Of a stretch of DNA of 64,000 nucleotides, positions 56,281-64,000 are shown one piece after another. The position numbers and the translations under genes are program-made. The stretch lies in assembly GCA_046538485.1 (NCBI GenBank), contig JBKHIT010000008.1, positions 42,857-106,856 on the forward strand. The letters run 5' to 3'. This stretch comes from Candidatus Brocadiia bacterium. Its GTDB lineage: Bacteria; Planctomycetota; Brocadiia; SM23-32. The notes under the pieces were generated by a model. It saw only the letters and a list, made by a program, of their open reading frames with translations. It made no database searches and had not been told where the DNA came from. Position 1 is the first letter of the stretch, and each line of letters starts with the position of its first letter.

Positions 56281-57507
56281 TTAAAGAACGTTCTTCGCCC
56301 GTCGGTACCACCTGCGCCATTTTTGTGGATTGCTTCCCAGCGTTGCGAGGGGACCTTTTCCGGGATCCCATTTTTTGCGCAGACGGTCACGGATCGTTTC
56401 TGCTACAGGGGGCAACTGTGCGTCTTTCCCGGCAGTTTCAATCGCTTCAAGACCGAAAGGACCGAGGGCCAGCAGGACTTTTGTAGCGCGTTTTTGATTT
56501 GTTTTCAAATGTTGGAGGGCACTCCGGGCTTGCTCACGAACGGCTGCAGTTTCCACACACCGCTTCAGAAGCATCGATCCGATTCGTGCGTTGCGGCGCA
56601 ATAGATCGATCAAAACCGGAAAAGCTACTGATCCGGTATTCGTCAGTTCCTGTGCTCCTGCCATCGCCAGGACTTCCCGGGCCTGAAACGGCGCAAGAGC
56701 CGCAAGCCGTTCGAGTTCCGTTTGGGCCTGCCGACGAGCATTCTGGGAATCAAAAGCTCTTAGGAGGGTTCGTCGGATCAGATATGCCCGAATTATTCGC
56801 AGCTGTCTTTCAGATAAATTATGTTTTTCAGCCAGCCTTTTGGCTTTTATGTCCCACGGTAGATCCCGTTCAGTCTCCCCGAGAAGATCCTGCCAACGAC
56901 CCGGATTCCAACCCTCAAAACCGGACGGAGGAATAGAAAAGGGGATTGTCAGGTGCTCGGGCTTCATTTTCTCTATGTCAGCGCCGGGCCAGGGCCATCG
57001 CAGGGCCGCCAGAACCATTTCCGCACGCTCAGGCCCAATAGCGATAAGTTCACAGATTTTACCTCGCGCCGTTTTCCACTGTTCTCGAATACGTTCCAGT
57101 TCAGATGGAATTTTTCCCGCTTCCACGCTCAGCTGACTTCGGCCTATTATCCTCATTATAGATTGCGTATATTCCTCCCGAAATCCTTCCAGTTCCAGAA
57201 AAATCTCAATTGTTTGCGTCCGGCTCAAGTCCGGTTCGGTGGGAACCGAAAGCGTGCCCCTGCCAGTCGATGCCACGGCTGCCCGGGGGTTTCCTTCTGC
57301 AAGAACCGCTTCTCGTGCCGCCCGAAGCTTTAGATCCAGAGCGGGCGGAAAAAGCCCGAGATCCAGCAGCCGGTCAACCCCGACGACCAGCGCGAGGAGA
57401 GCGAGAAGGCAGAAAAGTGCCGTAAGAGTTTTACGATGTACTCGTGCTACCGGTATGCGATTTTTTCTTGAATCAGTTTCCTGCTGTTTTTCGTGCGTAT
57501 CGCTCAC
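56281..57507 (-). CDS. Hypothetical membrane-anchored helical protein
   Basis: N-terminal TM, HEAT-like helices and C-terminal LGSNPQKWRRWY; AAGGA SD before the GTG. Confidence 0.6.
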   Translation of the reverse strand: MSDTHEKQQETDSRKNRIPVARVHRKTLTALFCLLALLALVVGVDRLLDLGLFPPALDLKLRAAREAVLAEGNPRAAVASTGRGTLSVPTEPDLSRTQTIEIFLELEGFREEYTQSIMRIIGRSQLSVEAGKIPSELERIREQWKTARGKICELIAIGPERAEMVLAALRWPWPGADIEKMKPEHLTIPFSIPPSGFEGWNPGRWQDLLGETERDLPWDIKAKRLAEKHNLSERQLRIIRAYLIRRTLLRAFDSQNARRQAQTELERLAALAPFQAREVLAMAGAQELTNTGSVAFPVLIDLLRRNARIGSMLLKRCVETAAVREQARSALQHLKTNQKRATKVLLALGPFGLEAIETAGKDAQLPPVAETIRDRLRKKWDPGKGPLATLGSNPQKWRRWYRRAKNVL

Positions 57508-57521
57508 CGTTCGTCCTTACT

Positions 57522-58908
57522 TTAACTTTCTGGAATCCGAAGGCGAAGATCTTTTGGGGCAATAGCCACATTATCCTTCTGAAGCCAGTCTTGCAAAAGC
57601 TCAGGCTTCATTTCCGGCAGCAGTGTCTGGTCGTCACTCGCAAGCGCCGTGGCCAGTCCCGCCGCATGACATAATCCAATCATTGTACGTGAGAGACGGC
57701 ACGAAGAAGCCGCAATATGAGAAAATCCGGCTCCTCGGCAGGCAACAATAAGATTGTCGTATTCCTGCGGTAGAAGACAATCGTAAGGGATTCCGTAGGG
57801 TTCTTCCAGTTCGGTGGCCCCGCCGCCCTCTCCATGGACATCGATGGCGTGATCTGCCAGCAGCAATCCACCTTTCTGGATCCATTTGACCCGAGCAACC
57901 GCGCCTGATTTCGTTCTCCGTGAGGACCGTCCGGGCGACCAATCGAGGCCCTTCTCTAATCCCCGCCATCTCGAAAATACGGGCAAGCCGGTAACCGGCA
58001 AAGCTGTGCTCGGTCTGCAACCAGAACCAGTGCCTGTAGACCCTATCCCGGCAAATCCGCAACGCCTCAAAGCGCCCCAGCGAGCGAAATTCCCGCCCTT
58101 CCATCGTAGGAAGCATGTTGAGATTGAGATCGCCGCAGGGATACTCGCTAATACTGACCACCGCTTTGTAAGGTTTTTCGCCAACGGTTTCCGGCAGCGG
58201 GTCGGGCTCCGAGGAGCCGCAGGGCGTGACGCGATAGCAGAGAGTCACCCCATTCACGAAATCCGAATCCTCAGCCGGCGCTCCCGGTTCATCGTAAACA
58301 TCGCGGGATTCCGCACCGATGGCTGTCCGGCAGCCGAGTATCCGGCACAACGCGATACCGCCGGTGGCATCGACGAAATAACGGGCCTCGACGGATGTCT
58401 CTTCATCTCCGGAACGCAGCACGACATGCTGGACCGCTCGATTATCGGCCGCGGCCTCGATCAACTGGGTGTTGAGACGGATTTCGACGTGTCCGGTTTC
58501 GGCGAGCATCCTCGCCATCTCGGCCGCCATCGCGTTGGGTTCGAAAGTTATGCGGAACCATTGGTCGGAATCCAGCCCGCTCCGGCGCAGTGTATCGCGG
58601 TATCGGATACTGCGGTCGATTCTGGAATAGCCCCATGGTTTGCCCGGACTGTAGAACTTCTCCGTCCGGCTTCCTCCGATGAAGGATGGTTGCGAGGAGA
58701 GGCGGTCATAGAGTTCCGCGGGAAACCCCGGTCCACTGACGCCGGGTTCCCAGGTATTGACGCCGCCGCGGGTGCTCGTGCCACCGAGCAGAGGTCCTTT
58801 TTCGATAAGCAGCACACTGAGCCCACGGCGTCCCGCGGCAAGAGCCGCTCCGAATCCCCCACTCCCGCCGCCGAGGACCACCAAATCATATTTTTTTGAG
58901 ACACTCAT
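57522..58908 (-). pseudogene. FAD-dependent oxidoreductase split by a one-base frameshift near 57862
   Basis: The 5' frame has GGGSGG..AA, LGGTST, VDATG and GIREGPR; the 3' frame has ADHAIDVHG, PYGIPYDCL and SHIAASSCR. The span is 1387 nt (3n+1). Confidence 0.8.
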
Positions 58909-58966
58909 TTGTCTGACTACTGAATAGGAAATAGGGAAAACATGGCCAGGGTTTTATGGATGCCGG

Positions 58967-61228
58967 CTAAAGCCATCGCCGCATCCAAGAACGTAGGCCG
59001 CCTGAGGCGCGGACGAGGGCAAGCGGCGCCTCGCAGCGTCGTCCAACCGTCAGACTGACTGAGCCGCGATAGAGCTGATACAGGTGCGAACGACGCGTCC
59101 AACCCATCACCACGAGATCGAATTCTTCAGATTTTTCCAGAATGGTCTCGGCTATGTTCGTACTCTTGACGGTGAGGGCATGGACGCTGCCGGAAGGCGC
59201 CTCGATCCTCGGGAGGTTGGCCTCGATGAAACCTTCCGCCCGGAAACTGCTGTCGCCTGTTTCGACATTCAGCGCCACGAGTTCGGCATCTTCAGGATCA
59301 CACATGATGGCCGCCACTTCCATGGCAAGTGCGGCATTGGGGCCTCCGGCTACCGGCACGAGCACGCGTCTGAAACGTTGGTTCCCGGTGCATCCTTTCA
59401 GAAGAACGACATCGCATGGGGCACGTTCAAGGAGAGGGTCGACGGTGCTTCCGAGTTTGAAGAGGTGCGTGTGATGGTTTCCCTGCCACCCCATCAGAAC
59501 AAGGTCGGTTCGGTGTTCTCGGATTGCGCTGACGATCCCCCGCGCAATGTTACGGCAATAGCGGATGCTTGTGCCGGTCGGGAAGGGACCTTTCAGGTAC
59601 AGGGATGCTTCTACGATTGCTTCTTTGCCGCCGAGCGAATAACGCTCCGCATCTTCCAGGGATACCTGTTCCGGGATCGGCACCATATGCAGCAGGTCCA
59701 CGCGAGCGTCTTTGGCTCCGCACAGCTTGTACGCGTTGCGGGCGAGCATAATGGCATCATCGGCCCTCTCAACGGGGACCAGCACCCGGTAACGTTCGCT
59801 TGGTGGAGCCTTTTCTTCCTCAAGAACGTGTATCTCGTGTTTGGTCGCAACACAGTGGGATTTTCCGTAGAAAAGGTAGGCTGCAATACCCACAAATATC
59901 CAGATGGGCACCGTGATTCCCGCCACCAGACTCCCGTGGAACATCCATCCCGCCAGGACAACTTGGCAGACGATGGCAAGTATGGGAAAAAGCGGGAAAA
60001 GAGGCATCAGATAGCCGTATTTCAACTCATCTCCCATGTTGCGGCGAATCTTGATCGCCGAGAGATTCACGAGGAAAAACAACAGGAGGAACATCATACT
60101 CGCACTGGCCGCCACTTCTTTCGTGGGCAGACAGGTGGCTACGATCAAAAGGAGTATACCGGTGAGCAGAAGCGCCACCGACGGCGTCTTGCGTTTCGGC
60201 GAAGTGTGCGCCAGCGCCGAGGGCAACATACGGTCGCGTCCGAGTGCGAAAGAGACCCGGGCGGCGCTGTAGATTGTCGCATTGAGGGCGGAAGTCGCCG
60301 AAAAGATCACAGCGAGTGTCAACAAGAAATCGCCCGCGGGCATGTTCAGCCTCGATACGGCTTCCCCAAAACCTTTCGCGCCGTGCGATCCGATCCACTT
60401 CCATGGTTCGGACCCCACTCCCGGCGACCCGGCCCGGACGGCAACAATGGCGGCGAAAGCCGTACCGACGTAGATGAAGGTGACGATCAGAACGGAATAA
60501 AGCATGGCTTTCGGCAGGTTGCTGCGCGGTTTGATGGTCTCATCTCCGGCCTGGGAAATGACCTCGTACCCTTCGAACGCCACATACGTCAGCCCCATTG
60601 TCACCAACAGCTGCGACCATCCTTCGGGGAGAAAAGGTCGGAAGTTGGACAGACGTGATGGGTTGCAAGTTACGACGATAATGCCTGCAATCGCGATGAT
60701 GGCCAGGAAAAGCGTCTGTCCGAGGGCGAAAATTGCGCCGATGCTTCCTGTGGTGGAAGCGCCCCGGTAGTTGATGTAGAGGAATCCGACTGCCGCCGCG
60801 ACGGCGATTGATTTTTCGACGCCGGGCACGAGATATTCAGGACATCCCAGACCCAGTCCCTGGGCATATCGGAAGAGGTAAATGGCCAGCACGAGGGCAT
60901 ACATGCTTCCGGCAACCGTCGAGGCAAACCATTCCATCCAGCCCGCCAGAAAACTCGGTCCGCGTCCAAAAGCAAGCCGGGCGAAGTTATAGGCCCCGCC
61001 GGCGCGGGGAACCGCGGAACTGAGTTCAGCGTAGGACATCGCGGTGCATATCGCCAGCACGCCATTCAGGGCGAACGTCATGACGACCCCGCCGGGACCG
61101 GCGATTTGAGTTGCGTTCCCGATCCCGATGAAAACCCCCGCTCCGATCATCATCCCTACGCCCATCATCGTGATGTGGAAGAGGTTCAGGTCGCGGGAGA
61201 ATTCCGATGATACAGGTCCCTCAGTCAT
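58967..61228 (-). CDS. APC-family amino acid permease with two C-terminal universal stress protein domains
   Basis: GMMIGAGVF, SYAELSSAVPRAGG and AFEGYE with about 12 TMs; RVLVPV, LGSTVDPLLERAPCDV and RVLVPVAGGPNA. Confidence 0.92.
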   Translation of the reverse strand: MTEGPVSSEFSRDLNLFHITMMGVGMMIGAGVFIGIGNATQIAGPGGVVMTFALNGVLAICTAMSYAELSSAVPRAGGAYNFARLAFGRGPSFLAGWMEWFASTVAGSMYALVLAIYLFRYAQGLGLGCPEYLVPGVEKSIAVAAAVGFLYINYRGASTTGSIGAIFALGQTLFLAIIAIAGIIVVTCNPSRLSNFRPFLPEGWSQLLVTMGLTYVAFEGYEVISQAGDETIKPRSNLPKAMLYSVLIVTFIYVGTAFAAIVAVRAGSPGVGSEPWKWIGSHGAKGFGEAVSRLNMPAGDFLLTLAVIFSATSALNATIYSAARVSFALGRDRMLPSALAHTSPKRKTPSVALLLTGILLLIVATCLPTKEVAASASMMFLLLFFLVNLSAIKIRRNMGDELKYGYLMPLFPLFPILAIVCQVVLAGWMFHGSLVAGITVPIWIFVGIAAYLFYGKSHCVATKHEIHVLEEEKAPPSERYRVLVPVERADDAIMLARNAYKLCGAKDARVDLLHMVPIPEQVSLEDAERYSLGGKEAIVEASLYLKGPFPTGTSIRYCRNIARGIVSAIREHRTDLVLMGWQGNHHTHLFKLGSTVDPLLERAPCDVVLLKGCTGNQRFRRVLVPVAGGPNAALAMEVAAIMCDPEDAELVALNVETGDSSFRAEGFIEANLPRIEAPSGSVHALTVKSTNIAETILEKSEEFDLVVMGWTRRSHLYQLYRGSVSLTVGRRCEAPLALVRASGGLRSWMRRWL

Positions 61229-61379
61229 TCTCCTGCCCCCGGGTGTGAATCTCACGGGCGGACCCGTATCCCTTCCGGGCGATGCGATGGATCATCCGGC
61301 GGCTCCACAAAACCAGCAACGTCAACACCGCCAGCGCGGCGGCGATGAGCGCACACCCGGCGATCACATCTGTCCCCAC
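61221..61379 (-). CDS. Small 52-aa single-TM protein (not in the ORF track)
   Basis: AGGAAGGA SD and GTG start; MGTDVIAGCALIAAALAVLTLLVLWSRRMIHRIARKGYGSAREIHTRGQEND*; overlaps the permease start by 8 nt (ATGACTGA). Confidence 0.6.
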   Translation of the reverse strand: MGTDVIAGCALIAAALAVLTLLVLWSRRMIHRIARKGYGSAREIHTRGQEND

Positions 61380-61623
61380 AAATGATCCTTCCTGCTATGA
61401 ATTAGCCTCGATCCTAGAAAAGACCCGGCAAGCCACCGACAAACGGAGGGTTATTATGAAAACAGGCGGTCAAAACCGCAAATGCAGATGGGAATTTGCG
61501 CTGTGGGTCATCTTTCAGGCCAACTTTGTTCACCTGCGGGATGAACCCGCAGAGGCATCTCGTTGCCTATTCAGTCTCGTTCACACTTGATACAAGGTTC
61601 GGAGGTCTTGCTGCTCGCGAAAA

Positions 61624-62460
61624 TGCAGACCCGAGTTCAGCTGAGCGGTAGCGAAACGGAACTTGAAACGGACGAGCAGGGGGGGTATCGACCACAAGGG
61701 AACGGGATCCGGGGCCGACCAGCCAGGTCTCCCGTTTGAAAGCCAGCTCGGGGCTTGAAGCTGTTGGAAAACCTCCCCCCCGTCTCGCGCCCCCGGACCT
61801 AACGGCCAGGCAACGCATGTAGCACAGGCTCTCCAGCGTGTGGTCCGGGTCGTGAGACCCGGGTTTGGCTCTGCCGCGTTCTGAACTCCAGCCCCGCTGG
61901 AGCGGCGCTGAAGTCCAGTCCGCTCATGTCACCCGGAATTCATCCGCCGCGGCTTGTCCCGGCGTGCTTAAGGTTTCAACCTACACAAGCCGCTGCCTCC
62001 AAAATCCGCCGGTCCCGCGAGGCAGTACGGCGATCGTTAGTTTTTTCGCGGGACCCGGAACCTGATACTTAAACGTGAGACCTCCCCGCCGCGAGGGGCG
62101 GGGCATCCTGAGGAGTGTGCCAGCGTTTGGGATAGGTTGAAACATAAGCATCCCCGCCGCAGGGGCGAGGTATTTTTGCTGGCGGGAACGTAGACTCGAG
62201 TTCAGCTGAGGCCGCCCCGACGGCCGAAGGGGGACTTGAGGCGGACGAATAGGGGGTAGCAGACCCCGGCTCGTATCCGGCGTTCCCGCTTTGGTCTCCG
62301 ATTAGTGAAGACTGGGCGTGCATCTCGCAGTGACAACCGTCGGCGCACTTTGTGGTACCTTGCCAGCGCCAGGCGCTGGCTTTGGAGTGCGAGCGCGACA
62401 GCGCCGCTTTGTTGTCCCGCGTCCTGAACTCCAGCCGGGGGCTGAAGTCCAGTCCGCTCA
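61624..62460. repeat. Cluster of REP-like repeats (family B at 61624 and 62190, family A at 61874 and 62417, GTAG-type at 61819)
   Basis: Direct sequence matches to the other intergenic copies in the window. Confidence 0.75.
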
Positions 62461-62506
62461 GGGGTTGATTTTGCGGGAAAATGGTGTGTTACCTCAGGCA
62501 GTTGCG

Positions 62507-63667
62507 CTATCCACCATGACTCAGCATAACGTTCGTCAGATCGACCTTCTCGCAATACCGACAATCAATCGCTCTGTCGCCGGAACTGTGGATTTCTGTG
62601 TTGCTCACTTTGATGTTGCGGATCGTGGTCTCCGGGCTGCCTTTGAATGTCAGCGGTCCGCCGCCCCGGATCCGAAGGTCGGAAAAACTCAAGTCCGAAA
62701 GACGCTCCAACTCAATTCCATCCTCCACCGTCACCCGTATCGGGAGGTTGGCGCTCTTGATCGTCAGGTTTGAGAACAGAATATCGTGAATATCGGCCCG
62801 TCCTGCGTAATTATCCGGGAGATAACGCTTCGGGTTTTCGAAAGAAATTCCGTGGTTCTCGCTGTGGATGGTCAGGTTGCTGAACGTAGCATCCCGAATT
62901 GTGCCGTCCCCGGGACATCCCACCCGGATGGCCTGACACCAGCTGTCGAGCACGCAGTTGCTGACGGTAATGTTCTCGCACGGTGCCGGTTCCTCGAACA
63001 TCTGCTGTATCGCCCGCAGAACGATGCAATCGTCGCCCGTGCGAATGCGGCAGTCGCTTACGGTGACGTCCCGGCACGAATCCAGATCGATCCCGTCGTT
63101 GTTGATCATCCTCTGATCGCCGGCAACCCGGGCGCCGGTGATGCCGACGCGTTCGCATTTCATCAGCCAGAACGTCCAGCAGGGGGAGTCGATAAAAGCG
63201 GCATCTTCGATCCGCACGTCCCGGCAACTGAAAAACATCACCATTCGCGGGCGCGCCGTGGGCGGTTTGCTGAAGAAACGCCCGCGCATGTCATCCGTAT
63301 TGTAGAACGCGAGACCGGACCCGTCGATTTTACCCGGTCCGGTGATCGCAATGTTATCGGCATTCACGGCCCGAATGAGACTCTTTGTATTCATTTCGGG
63401 AGCGTTCCCGGGCACAAAACCGTCGGCGACGAGATCCTCGTAATGTTCCAGATCGGGGCTCCCTACCAGCTTGCACCCGAGTTCGAGATGCAACTCGACG
63501 TTACTTTTGAGTTCGATGGAACCGGTCAGGAACCGTCCCGGCCCGCAGTTGACCTGCCCGCCACCGGCGGCACAGCAATCGTCGATCGCCCGCTGGATAG
63601 CTTCTGTGTTCAGAGTTGCGCCGTTCGGTTCGGCCCCGTAATCACTTATTTCGTAAATACTCTTCAT
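62507..63667 (-). CDS. Glycoside hydrolase family 28 (polygalacturonase-like)
   Basis: NTEAIQRAID, LTGSIELKSNV, NNDGID, TGDDCI and AIRVG; start at ATG 63667 after a GAGG SD. Confidence 0.88.
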   Translation of the reverse strand: MKSIYEISDYGAEPNGATLNTEAIQRAIDDCCAAGGGQVNCGPGRFLTGSIELKSNVELHLELGCKLVGSPDLEHYEDLVADGFVPGNAPEMNTKSLIRAVNADNIAITGPGKIDGSGLAFYNTDDMRGRFFSKPPTARPRMVMFFSCRDVRIEDAAFIDSPCWTFWLMKCERVGITGARVAGDQRMINNDGIDLDSCRDVTVSDCRIRTGDDCIVLRAIQQMFEEPAPCENITVSNCVLDSWCQAIRVGCPGDGTIRDATFSNLTIHSENHGISFENPKRYLPDNYAGRADIHDILFSNLTIKSANLPIRVTVEDGIELERLSDLSFSDLRIRGGGPLTFKGSPETTIRNIKVSNTEIHSSGDRAIDCRYCEKVDLTNVMLSHGG

Positions 63668-63802
63668 AATTTCATTCCTCGTGGTTTTCGGTGTGTTGAG
63701 AATCGGACGATCTGAATATGCAGGACAGTATGATACCAAGTGGTGAGACGTTTTACAGGGGATGCTGAGATTTAGATCGGTCTTTGGAAGCTACATTCTC
63801 AT

Positions 63803-63882
63803 GTAGCGCAGGCTCCTTGGGCTCCTTAGCCTTGTGCGGAGGAGGCTCCAGCCTGTGGACCGGGTGGTCAGACCCGGGTTGG
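63803..63882. repeat. GTAG-type REP-like repeat related to 61819-61866
   Basis: gtagcgcaggctc...ctccagcctgtggaccgggtggtcagacccgggtt versus gtagcacaggctctccagcgtgtggtccgggtcgtgagacccgggtt. Confidence 0.6.
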
Positions 63883-64000
63883 TTGTGGCCAAGGCTCGTT
63901 ATCCAACCGGGGAGGGTTCGGATGAAACTGTCGTTCTGGCCTCCGCCGGTCCCCTATCTTGACATATGTCATTTCTTGTATGATGCCGTTTTTACATTTC

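Noticed and set aside
59084..60658. 524-aa plus-strand ORF and similar long ORFs (1186-2313, 5187-6287, 6531-7517, 7903-8919, 28399-29361, 54845-56284, 57886-58899, 62786-63715)
   Set aside because: These are antisense shadows of well-supported genes and contain no recognisable motifs.
2568..62460. Recurrent palindromic repeats as a CRISPR array
   Set aside because: The copies are dispersed rather than regularly spaced with unique spacers, and there are no cas genes in the window.

Overview
Bacterial chromosomal window, most likely from a Planctomycetota-like diderm. This is an inference from a DUF1559-type prepilin-like gene, a MurA carrying a 'GGPxGSTVLGTAN' segment, WaaA, and many acidic cytoplasmic proteins that suggest a saline habitat. 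It holds about 45 genes. Housekeeping genes: pyk, pyrBI, rsmE, rsmI, waaA, pilT, nnrE, nth, GTP-type PEPCK, prmC, murA, mnmE and obgE-rpmA-rplU. Carbohydrate and peptide catabolic genes: two Gfo/Idh/MocA, two Zn-dehydrogenases, GH130, a BNR sialidase-like protein, GH28, a putative rhamnogalacturonan lyase-like protein, and M42, M29, S41 and M48 peptidases. The standout is a two-gene unit at 47185-52996 (-): an ECF sigma factor followed by a 1725-aa protein. That protein fuses a zinc-binding anti-sigma domain (HxxxCxxC) and a TM helix to a complete thioester-containing alpha-2-macroglobulin (GCFEQ) whose bait region holds about six TM helices, making it a candidate protease-sensing signalling system. 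Other points: a decayed accessory scar at 13.0-14.8 kb (Rhs fragment, MITE, orphan promoter and terminator), an unannotated 52-aa membrane ORF coupled to an APC-USP transporter, a frameshifted FAD oxidoreductase, and several REP/MITE-like repeat families including a three-tier nested insertion. No rRNA, tRNA or CRISPR array was recognised. All calls come from reading motifs by eye; no database search was run.
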